NCBI GenBank assembly: GCA_963769935.1
Contig: CAVYNY010000014.1
Span: 1-64,000, forward strand
Source of the DNA: an uncultured delta proteobacterium
GTDB taxonomy: Bacteria > Desulfobacterota > Desulfobacteria > Desulfobacterales > JAFDCJ01
Length of the DNA stretch: 64,000 nt
Direction of reading: 5' to 3'
Shown: piece after piece, positions 32,820 to 41,501 of the stretch
Layout of the letters: every line of letters starts with the position of its first letter
Numbering within the stretch: position 1 is the first letter of the stretch
Made by a program: the position numbers and the translations under genes
Notes under the pieces: generated by a model
What the model was told of the DNA's origin: nothing
What the model saw: the letters and a program-made list of their open reading frames with translations, nothing else
The model's database searches: none

Positions 32820-33341
32820 GATCCGGTTCTCCTTTATATTGGGGTCTATACATTGATCACAGCTTGTGTGCTTAGCTCATCGAGAAAAGCAAAGTTAAAA
32901 GCAAAATGTGTGCCACAAACATTTTCGATGTATTTACCGGATGATAGCAATTTTCCGTCAAATAACATGCGAACCGGTTGTTCCGCATTTCAGGTTCGCG
33001 GTTGACCCGAAACGGCCGGAGTTGTCGTTTTTCATCATAGCTATTTGATATTGTTTCCTATATTTTTTAAACCTGAGAAGAATTCTGAAGTCCGACCGAT
33101 AAGAAATCCCTGTTCTGATTATTTTGAAATTTCTTGCTCCTTGTTGCAGCCGGAAATGCAGATTGAAGCCGCCCGGCGAAACCTGAAATGCAGACCTGCT
33201 GATTCTACCGGCCCTGCAGCCGGCATTTCGCAGCCAAAATCCTGCTGCGCCGGGCAAGGTCCTTGACACTTAAGCGAAATCAATCAATATTATAAATCCA
33301 AATCAAGCCATTAAATTTTTGATCAGAATATATAAGTAAAC

Positions 33342-35144
33342 ATGATCTTAAAAATCAGCAACCTTATCGTCGCGTTTAGAACCTACACCGGTGTCAGCCA
33401 TGCGGTCGACGATATATCCATTTCATTAAGCCGGGGAGATACGCTCGGCATTGTTGGCGAGTCCGGTTCGGGAAAATCAACCACCGCCCTGGCAATCATG
33501 AATCTTCTGCCGACGCCCGCCGGCAGGATCGAAGAGGGACAAATCTGGTTCGCCCTGGGAGGCCGGGAAATAAACCTGGTGCAGTATCCCCGCCGCAAAA
33601 TGCAGTCATTGCGGGGCGACCATATCGCCATGGTGTTTCAGGATCCGATGAGTTCCCTCAACCCCGTGTTTCGCTGTGGCGACCAGATCATGGAGACCAT
33701 TTTGCGGCATCAGAAGGTTTCCAAAGCAGAGGCCCGCAAAAAGACGGTCAATCTGTTTCGCGAGGTCGGACTTCCCAGGCCCGAAGAGATGTTCTTTCGC
33801 TACCCTCACCAGCTTTCCGGCGGTCAAAAGCAGCGGGTCATGATTGCCATGGGATTGAGCTGCAACCCGGATATCTTGATTGCCGACGAACCGACCAGTG
33901 CCCTGGATGTCACCGTCCAGAGCTCAATTTTGTCCCTGCTGAACGACCTTCAAAAAAATCGCAGGATGTCCATCATCTTCATCTCGCATGATCTTGGTGT
34001 GATTGCCGAAGTGGCCGACTATGTGGCCGTCATGTACCGGGGTAAAATTGTTGAGCACGCCCCGGTTTGGGATATCTTTGCCAACCCGAAGCATCCGTAT
34101 ACAAAGGGACTGATGACTTGCCGCCCGCCGCTGAAATATCGTGTCAAGCATCTGCCGACCGTAACGGATTTTATGGAAGAAAAGACGGATGCCGCCGGCA
34201 ATTGGATTATTACCGAAAAAGTTCACACCTCCGTAGAAGAGATGCTGCTCCGTTCAATCGAGCCCCTTGAGGCGCACAAACGCCGTCTGCAACACCTGAT
34301 GCAGCATCCTCCCCTGCTGGTCGTCAAAGGATTGAAAAAATACTTTGCCCACACCAGTAAATTCCTGAGCCGCCGGGAAACGGTTACCCGGGCTGTCGAC
34401 GACGTGTCCTTTGAAGTCTATCCGGGCGAAACCCTGGGCGTTGTGGGAGAATCGGGCAGCGGTAAAACCACCCTGGCGAGCACGATTCTGCGGCTCAAAG
34501 AGCCCACGGACGGTCAGATCTTTTTTAAGGGGCTGGACCTTATCCAGCTGTCATCAAAGCGTCTGCGCCGGTTACGGCGGCAGATCCAGATTATTTTCCA
34601 GGATCCGTATTCCTCCCTGAATCCCCGCATGACGGTCGAAACCGCCCTTGTCGAACCGTTGCGGGTGCATGGAATTTTTAAAACGAAACGGGAACGCGTG
34701 GATAAATCCGTCGAAATTTTAGAGTTGGTCGGATTGGCGTCATCTCATCTCAAGCGGTTTCCACATGAGTTTTCAGGAGGCCAGCGTCAACGCATCTGCA
34801 TCGCGCGGGCCTTGATTGTGGAACCGGACCTGCTGTTCTGCGACGAGGCCGTCTCGGCATTGGATGTATCCATCCAGGCCCAGGTCTTGAATCTTCTCAG
34901 TGAGCTGAAACGAAGATTGAATCTGACCTACATCTTCATTTCCCACGATCTGGCGGTCGTTAAATTTATGAGCGATCGAATTATGGTGATGAACGACGGA
35001 AAAATCGAAGAGATCGGCCCCGCGGAGGATATCTACAATCATCCGCGGCGGGAGTATACCAGAAAACTGATCGCGGCGACCCCCGAAGGCGGTTTGGAAG
35101 ACATCCGGCGGCAGCAGGACAGGCGCCGGCGGCAGGCGGTTTAA
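33342..35144 (+). CDS. Fused double ABC ATPase of the dipeptide/oligopeptide family
   Basis: Two GESGSGK(S/T) Walker A, FQDP, YPHQLSGGQ / FPHEFSGGQ, ADEPT / CDEAV, HPYT. Confidence 0.93.
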   Translation: MILKISNLIVAFRTYTGVSHAVDDISISLSRGDTLGIVGESGSGKSTTALAIMNLLPTPAGRIEEGQIWFALGGREINLVQYPRRKMQSLRGDHIAMVFQDPMSSLNPVFRCGDQIMETILRHQKVSKAEARKKTVNLFREVGLPRPEEMFFRYPHQLSGGQKQRVMIAMGLSCNPDILIADEPTSALDVTVQSSILSLLNDLQKNRRMSIIFISHDLGVIAEVADYVAVMYRGKIVEHAPVWDIFANPKHPYTKGLMTCRPPLKYRVKHLPTVTDFMEEKTDAAGNWIITEKVHTSVEEMLLRSIEPLEAHKRRLQHLMQHPPLLVVKGLKKYFAHTSKFLSRRETVTRAVDDVSFEVYPGETLGVVGESGSGKTTLASTILRLKEPTDGQIFFKGLDLIQLSSKRLRRLRRQIQIIFQDPYSSLNPRMTVETALVEPLRVHGIFKTKRERVDKSVEILELVGLASSHLKRFPHEFSGGQRQRICIARALIVEPDLLFCDEAVSALDVSIQAQVLNLLSELKRRLNLTYIFISHDLAVVKFMSDRIMVMNDGKIEEIGPAEDIYNHPRREYTRKLIAATPEGGLEDIRRQQDRRRRQAV

Positions 35145-35165
35145 GTGATCACCGGGAGGCGAGTG

Positions 35166-35263
35166 AAGAATTCCGGCCCGGAAGGCCAGGCTATGACTTC
35201 GCCCCAGCTTCCGGCTCGCAGAGCCTACCGCTTGGAGAGAGGGGGCATCAGGTTTTCAAGGTT
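35166..35263. repeat. Dispersed REP-like repeat, copy 1
   Basis: Shares aagaat.ccggccc, cccagcttcc.gc.cg, gcctac.gc..ggag.gagg and caggttttcaaggtt with 56064-56130. Confidence 0.7.
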
Positions 35264-35433
35264 GGGATAAATGGATATCCCGATACTGCAGATATTGCTC
35301 AAGCGTTCAGTTTTTCGGAAACGTTGACATCCGTCCTTTTATAGTTACATTCAACCGAGTCGGAATTAAACGGCCACAAATAATTAAAAGCGACCGGCCG
35401 GCGTGACGGGCCGAATTGCAAGGGGGGTTATCA

Positions 35434-36015
35434 ATGAAAGCAGGCGTATTTAAGATATCGGGCAAATTACTGCAATCAATTCGGCTTCTGCTGCTGGTTT
35501 TGCTGATCAGTGCCCTGTTCTCCGGTAATTTATTCGCTAAAACCGCCAAGGAAATCGATGCCAGCGTGGATGTTGCTATCCAACGTTTTTATAAGCAGGT
35601 TCCAGGCGCCGGGGAGTATGTAAAGGCAGCCAAGGGCATGCTGGTTATGCCGAATGTTATAAAAGGGGCTTTTATCATCGGCGGCGAGTATGGCGAAGGC
35701 GCCCTTCGAATCGGCGGAAAATCAGTCGCTTATTACAATACCATCTCCGGCTCCATCGGTTTTCAGATTGGAGGCGAATCCAAGGATATCATCCTTTGTT
35801 TCATGACGGATGCGGCGCTCAATAAATTCAGAGCCAGCAGAGGATGGGAAGCCGGTGTGGACGGCAATGTTGCCTTAATCACTGTCGGCGCCGGTGAGCG
35901 GGCGGATACAACGACCTCCCAAGACCCCATTGTCGGCTTCGTATTTGACGCCAAGGGTCTCATTGCCGACATCTCTTTGAAAGGGGCAAAGTTTACCAAA
36001 TTGGATAAACAGTAA
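35434..36015 (+). CDS. Lipid-binding SYLF/Ysc84 domain protein (exported)
   Basis: AKGMLVMPNVIKGAFIIGGEYGEG, GSIGFQIGGE, GLIADISLKGAKF; signal peptide. Confidence 0.88.
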   Translation: MKAGVFKISGKLLQSIRLLLLVLLISALFSGNLFAKTAKEIDASVDVAIQRFYKQVPGAGEYVKAAKGMLVMPNVIKGAFIIGGEYGEGALRIGGKSVAYYNTISGSIGFQIGGESKDIILCFMTDAALNKFRASRGWEAGVDGNVALITVGAGERADTTTSQDPIVGFVFDAKGLIADISLKGAKFTKLDKQ

Positions 36016-36119
36016 TGGATCCGATACGCTCGTAAAGAGATATTTGAATACTTCGAAATTTACACCCAAATGCGCTGCTATCGGTTGATGATTCATTTTT
36101 AGCCTTGATCCTGGCGTTT

Positions 36120-36353
36120 TCAGCTCCGGTTTTTCCGGCTCCCTGCCTCCGCAGGAATGGCAGTCAGGATTGCCTTAACCCGCCCCACCTGTCCGTCTGT
36201 CAGCCGGACCTTGATACCGTGCGGATGACGGCCCGAGCGGGTCAGGATATCCTTTACCACGCCCCGGGTAAGCTTTCCGGTGCGCTGGTCCTTTTTCAGC
36301 ACGATGTCCACCGTCAGTCCGGGTTTTATATCTCCCCGATTTTTGCCGTCCAT
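36120..36353 (-). CDS. YwbE (DUF2196) family protein
   Basis: IVLKKDQRTGKLTRGVVKDILT...HPHGIKVRL.DGQVGRV. Confidence 0.9.
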   Translation of the reverse strand: MDGKNRGDIKPGLTVDIVLKKDQRTGKLTRGVVKDILTRSGRHPHGIKVRLTDGQVGRVKAILTAIPAEAGSRKNRS

Positions 36354-36365
36354 GATTTTCCTCAT

Positions 36366-37142
36366 TTAGAGCCAGATTGGGACACGGTTCTCCAAATAGG
36401 CGCGTTTGGCCTCTTCTGCATCCCCACTGAATTGCGCCCGTTGCTGAAGTTCATAGTAGTATTTAAGGAAGGCCTCAAAATCCATGTCAAAAGCCTTGTT
36501 GGTCGCCAGTTTGCTCATGCGGGTCCCCACGGAGCAGGCTGCCAGGTAGTCCCCGGCGACATTGTCGACCTGCTTGAAGAAATCCCCATCGGAAACGACG
36601 TGGTCCACCAGGCCGATTTGTAAGGCCTCATTGCCGCTGACATTTTGTCCGCCCAGAATCATTTTTTTGGCGCGCCCCCAACCGATATAGCGGGGCAGGC
36701 GCAACGTTGCCAGGCCCGGAATCAGCGATTCCTTAATCGCCGGCAGACCGATTTGACAATCTGCCGTGCTGACCCGGATATCGGCCGCCAAGGCCAGCTG
36801 CAACGCGCCGCCCAGGCAAAATCCGTGCATCCCCACAATTATCAGCTTTTCCATTGTTTCAAAAAGACGCAGCGCCGGCTCCCAGCGGTGGTGATAGAGC
36901 ATATCAATCCGGCCGGCGGCAAGCTCTTTGAGGTCGATGCCGGTTGAAAACGCCCGGCCTTCCCCCCGGATGACGGCCACCCGAACATCCGGGTCTTCCC
37001 TCAACGCCATGGCAATTTTATTGATCTGAACGGTACAGTCGTTATTCATGGCATTCAGATGGTCTTCCCGGGAAAATGTCACCCAGGCCCGCTTGCCCTC
37101 TTTTTCCAGGCGCATAAATTCAAATCTGAGTATTGTCTCCAT
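36366..37142 (-). CDS. Enoyl-CoA hydratase/isomerase family protein
   Basis: LNAMN, GRAFSTGIDL, HGFCLGGALQLALAADIR, EALQIGLV. Confidence 0.9.
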   Translation of the reverse strand: METILRFEFMRLEKEGKRAWVTFSREDHLNAMNNDCTVQINKIAMALREDPDVRVAVIRGEGRAFSTGIDLKELAAGRIDMLYHHRWEPALRLFETMEKLIIVGMHGFCLGGALQLALAADIRVSTADCQIGLPAIKESLIPGLATLRLPRYIGWGRAKKMILGGQNVSGNEALQIGLVDHVVSDGDFFKQVDNVAGDYLAACSVGTRMSKLATNKAFDMDFEAFLKYYYELQQRAQFSGDAEEAKRAYLENRVPIWL

Positions 37143-37234
37143 GGCTTCCTCCTTGTTAATTTGAGATTTCAATCAATATAGATATCAAATAACGACAAAA
37201 TTTTTAACACCTTTTTGTTTCCGGCCGGCCCGGA

Positions 37235-38458
37235 TCAGGTTTGGCGGACCGGGTTTGAAATACCATCCGCCGCCAGCTGCTTTCCAACCCAGGCTATCAG
37301 GGGCAAAAGCCCGACGTAAAGGAACACCCCGACAAAATAGATAGCGCGGATGCCGTACCCCTCCGCCACCAGCCCGCTCATGAGCGGTGCCAGAAACCAG
37401 CCCGTGGAGCGGGCCGTAGCCGACCAGCCGAAAACCGCGCCGCGCTTTTCCGGCGGCGTCTCCTTTGCCAGCCAGGTCTGAAAGAGAGGATCCAGCCCGC
37501 CGGCGCAAAAAGTCATGCCAAAACGGGCAAATGCGATAAACAGAAATGTGGGGGCCAGTCCGTGGAAAAACATAAACAGACCGGCAACCAGGGCGGAGAT
37601 CTGGGCAATTCTGGGCGGTCGGAAATGATCGGCCAGGCGGCCGAAAACGATGCCGGCCAGAAATCCGGCCGCACTGCCGACGGCCGACAACGCCCCGGTC
37701 CAGAAGGCGGCGCCCTCCAGGGACCCCAGCATGTTCTGGATCAACAGGGGGAAAAAAGAGGTTTCGAATTGCCTTGCAAAGCCCATGGCCGCGACAAGGA
37801 TTAAAATGGGCCACACATGCCGCAAAGCGGAAAACAGCTTTTTGAGCGCCATCCCGGATACCGCCTGCTCAGCCGGCGGCCGGACAAAATTTTCTCTGGT
37901 GCCCAGAAAGATCAGCAGCCCCGATGCCAGCAAAAGAACGGCTGAGGCAAGAAAGACAAGCCGATAGCCGAAATACTCGGCGAACATGCCTCCCAGAAAG
38001 GTGCCGGCCATGCCCCCCGAATAAACGGCGGCGCTCAACGAGCCCAGCGCCATGCCGCTGCGCCTGGCCGGCGTATAGGCGGCTACCATGGCCTGGGCTG
38101 CGACCATGGTACCCGACAGCGCCCCCTGAAGCAGCCGCAGGATGATCAGGGTCTGGACATTGGGCACCAGACTCATGGCACAAAGAATGACGGCAGCACC
38201 GAAGTTGGCTCTCAAGAGCATCGGCCGGCGGCCGAAACGATCGGCCAGTATTCCCCAGATGGGGGAAAAAACGGCCAGCGTCAGAGGCGGTCCGGCGCCG
38301 AACATTGCCACCCAGAACTTGATCTGCGCGGGGTCGTGCACCCCCAGTTCCTGAATGTAATATGGCCCGAACGGCAGCGCGAAAAAGAACCCTGCCAGGG
38401 ACAGCAGCTGGGAGATCCAGATCACGGCGAAATTTGTTTTCCAGTTAATCGACTTCAT
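37235..38458 (-). CDS. MFS transporter (DHA1/MdtG-like)
   Basis: About 12 TM segments, SPIWGILADRFGRRPMLLRA motif A. Confidence 0.9.
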   Translation of the reverse strand: MKSINWKTNFAVIWISQLLSLAGFFFALPFGPYYIQELGVHDPAQIKFWVAMFGAGPPLTLAVFSPIWGILADRFGRRPMLLRANFGAAVILCAMSLVPNVQTLIILRLLQGALSGTMVAAQAMVAAYTPARRSGMALGSLSAAVYSGGMAGTFLGGMFAEYFGYRLVFLASAVLLLASGLLIFLGTRENFVRPPAEQAVSGMALKKLFSALRHVWPILILVAAMGFARQFETSFFPLLIQNMLGSLEGAAFWTGALSAVGSAAGFLAGIVFGRLADHFRPPRIAQISALVAGLFMFFHGLAPTFLFIAFARFGMTFCAGGLDPLFQTWLAKETPPEKRGAVFGWSATARSTGWFLAPLMSGLVAEGYGIRAIYFVGVFLYVGLLPLIAWVGKQLAADGISNPVRQT

Positions 38459-38673
38459 TATACCTTGGTCCGGCCGGCCCATGCCGGGTGCGCCCGCCGG
38501 GGTTTTATCACTTGAAACATATCGAACGGCGATCAGCTATCACACCGCGCGGCGGCGGTCAAAGCCAATAATATAAAACAGCAGGTGGCGGCGAACAACA
38601 TGAAATTACTGCTTGAAAATTAAAATAAAGAGATTAATATGACCGAATATGACATTGAGAGGGTTAAAACAAA

Positions 38674-39438
38674 ATGAAATTCGCACGATTTGAGGTCAAT
38701 GGAAAAATATACAGTGGGATGGCGGAAGCTGAGGAGATTACCGTTATCAGGGGTTTCCTTTGGAACCGCTATGAAGTAACCGACCGGAAATATTCTATTT
38801 CGGAAGTCAGCTTTTTGCCCCCCGTACTTCCGACCAAGATCGTCTGCGTAGGGCAAAATTATCTGGGACATATCGAAGAGCTCGGGATGCCCGTACCAAA
38901 AGAACCGATCATTTTTTTTAAGCCGCCATCCTGCCTGATCGGTCACAATCATTCCATCATTTATCCGACGGATGCCAAGCGTGTTGATTATGAAGGCGAA
39001 CTGGCGATTATTATTAAAAAAGAAATGAGACATGTAAATGAAACCGACGCGTTAAATTTCGTGCTGGGGTATTCCTGCTTCAACGATGTTACCGAAAGAA
39101 ATATGGTTGGCAGCAACCCGTTCCTGTTGAGTCTGTCGAAGGGAATCGACACTTTCGGTCCATGCGGCCCGTATGTTGTTACGGACCTGGATCCGAACCG
39201 TCTCATGCTGAAAACGTTCCTGAACGGAGAGCTCAAGCAGCAGGACAACACCCGAAATTGTGTCTTCAGCATCCAGCAGGTTCTCAGCTACATTTCCAGG
39301 TATATAACGCTTCTTCCGGGAGATATAGTAACCACCGGCACCCCGCAGGGGATTGCCCCCATGCAGCCTGGGGATAAGGTTGAGGTTGAAATAGAAGGTG
39401 TCGGAAGTCTGCGAAATAGTGTCGTCGCGCAGGCTTAA
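38674..39438 (+). CDS. Fumarylacetoacetate hydrolase family protein
   Basis: PTKIVCVGQNY, FFKPPS, DYEGEL, NDVT, KGIDTF, GDIVTTGTP. Confidence 0.92.
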   Translation: MKFARFEVNGKIYSGMAEAEEITVIRGFLWNRYEVTDRKYSISEVSFLPPVLPTKIVCVGQNYLGHIEELGMPVPKEPIIFFKPPSCLIGHNHSIIYPTDAKRVDYEGELAIIIKKEMRHVNETDALNFVLGYSCFNDVTERNMVGSNPFLLSLSKGIDTFGPCGPYVVTDLDPNRLMLKTFLNGELKQQDNTRNCVFSIQQVLSYISRYITLLPGDIVTTGTPQGIAPMQPGDKVEVEIEGVGSLRNSVVAQA

Positions 39439-39460
39439 AAAAGCTTACCGCCAGTTCTTT

Positions 39461-39566
39461 TTACTGTTCCTCGAAGACTTTGAAGCCGGCCTCGTATACG
39501 CTGATTTGTTCTCCCTGCACGGTTGGGACTTCCGACAAGCCCGATGACATTCGCATCCGATCCCGT
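39461..39566 (-). pseudogene. Collapsed remnant of a flavodoxin-like/NADPH-dependent FMN reductase gene
   Basis: RBS aagggagg, start mutated to ACG, then GSDANVIGLVGSPNRAGRTNQ (family N-terminal GSP motif) joined out of frame to a C-terminal-like VYEAGFKVFEEQ*. Confidence 0.55.
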
Positions 39567-40331
39567 TTCGCACCTCCCTTGGTATTGAAAATATTATACC
39601 GTCGGACCATCCGTACGACCTATATAAAAATAGCCGAAGGGAGTCAGGAAGGCCGGGAAAAGAGATGAATTAGGTGGAATTCGATCGATCCCTGGCGGAT
39701 TGCCGGATGGCTGTGAAATCGTCGAACTCGCGCTGCAGCTGCCCAAAATTTGGACAGCTTTGCGGCCCGATATATTTCTTCAATCAGCCATTGTTCCTGT
39801 TTGGGTTCGCGCAGCCATTTGCCCCCGTTGATCGAAAATCTCTTTTTCATATATCACTTCACGCAGAACAAAATCGCATGCAGGGGTCAACACCCGCCCT
39901 CCATCGCACGGATATTGCCGGCGCCGCCGTTCATGCGCATTCGGGTTTATAATTCTAAAAGATTATGGTGGATAATAATGGCGCTCCATTCGACCATAGG
40001 TTGCGGCAGTGTATAGGTACCATCGATGACTTTTTTAAGTCAAGATCCGGAATAGGCGTCAGGACCCTCGTCTGGATAAGGTTAATCAGGTAAAAGCAAA
40101 TCAGGCTAAAATGCGCAGCGTCAGGCAATGAACCCGTCGAATCTTCAGTCCAACAATTTTCTTCATCTTCAAAGAATAATCAGCAACCCTGAAAGCGCTA
40201 AATTTCAGGGCGGATTAATTGTCTTTATTTCTTAACCGGTGGTGGAAACTGAAACCCGGATGCTTATATTGCACTTGAATTTGAATCGATTGGCAATGGG
40301 ATGAAAATCTGCAATTCAGAGGGAGATAATT

Positions 40332-40874
40332 ATGGATTTATTGAAAGGCTCGTTGATCTCCTGTGCGGCCGTGCCGGAGGCCGAAGTGCCGGAAGAAGAG
40401 ATCCGGTCGGCAATTGACTTTATCATGCACGATCGCGATTACGTGAAACGGGTGAAAAAATCCAATCTATTGGAGTTTACTTTTTTACCGCCCTACAATG
40501 GTCGCTGGCAGCCGAGGCCGATGAATACCCTGGACCGGTTTTTAAACGGAGAATGGAGAAAATGCAGCTGGGAGAAGTATGTTCAAAAGGAAAGGCAGCC
40601 TGTTTTTTCAATCGATAAAAACCCCGGCAGCCGCAGGTTGGTTTTCAAACGCCGATTGATCCTGGCTTTTCTCAGCGCGATTTTCGCAGATATCGCCTTG
40701 AGCTTTATTATCTGGCTGCTCATCATGATGGGATTTTCTTTCTTCGGCCTGGGCGGCAAGCTGGGTTCGCAGATCAATCCTTTGGGCCTGCTGATCGGAA
40801 GCTCCGTAATCCTGTTCTTTCTGCTGTTTTGGGGGTTTTTCGTATTTATCAAGCCCAAAAAAAATAAATTGTAA
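40332..40874 (+). CDS. Hypothetical membrane protein with two C-terminal TM helices
   Basis: GGGAG RBS, 180-aa ORF, hydrophobic hairpin followed by a basic tail. Confidence 0.65.
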   Translation: MDLLKGSLISCAAVPEAEVPEEEIRSAIDFIMHDRDYVKRVKKSNLLEFTFLPPYNGRWQPRPMNTLDRFLNGEWRKCSWEKYVQKERQPVFSIDKNPGSRRLVFKRRLILAFLSAIFADIALSFIIWLLIMMGFSFFGLGGKLGSQINPLGLLIGSSVILFFLLFWGFFVFIKPKKNKL

Positions 40875-40970
40875 AACATCCCGCTGAAGCAGAGCCGGCT
40901 CTTCAATGCCGGGATACCCGACTGTTTTTTTCCCGAAAATCTTTTGTGAGGGATAGGATCGTGCAGCCCG

Positions 40971-41291
40971 CTATTTCTTAACCCCGTTCAGCAGCCAGGT
41001 ATTCGGCGGAACGTGACGTTCGAGAACCGCACACTCGCCGGGCGGCGGTTGATCCTCCGGCGGGCGGCCGGGAAACCAAATCCGGCATTTGCCGGGCGGG
41101 GGCATGTATTCGCGTGGGATAGTCTGGCGGCGCATTTGATAAGAGGGGGCCAGCTGCTTTTCCAGAGCCTCAATGCGGAGGTCTTCATCACCGGCTGCGC
41201 CTGATTTGGTTGTTGCGCATCCAGCCAGGATCAGGACAACGAGCAGCGCAAAACCGACAATCCCCGCCAAGCTTCTGCCATTTGCAGCCAT
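40971..41291 (-). CDS. Small Pro-rich lipoprotein
   Basis: Lipobox LAGC; IPREYMPPPGKCRIWFPGRPP.DQPPPGEC. Confidence 0.75.
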   Translation of the reverse strand: MAANGRSLAGIVGFALLVVLILAGCATTKSGAAGDEDLRIEALEKQLAPSYQMRRQTIPREYMPPPGKCRIWFPGRPPEDQPPPGECAVLERHVPPNTWLLNGVKK

Positions 41292-41501
41292 TTGATCCTC
41301 CTTTGGATCCCTATCCTATATCATACCCAGCGCCGTAAGTCATCCTTCATTCTGCGAGTATCCCCCCAACCTTCTCGGCGCCTTACCGTCCATATAAAAA
41401 TACCTCAGGCCGGCTTTTGATGTTGCCGACATCTTATGATAGAATATTCGAACCGGCATCAGGAAATTCAACGGATATTGAAAATAATAATGTTAAATAG
41501 A

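Noticed and set aside
39644..40200. Minus-strand reading with GGC-UGA-P as a possible selenoprotein
   Set aside because: The frame also contains a TAA and a second TGA, and I recognise no family. At most it is a decayed ORF.
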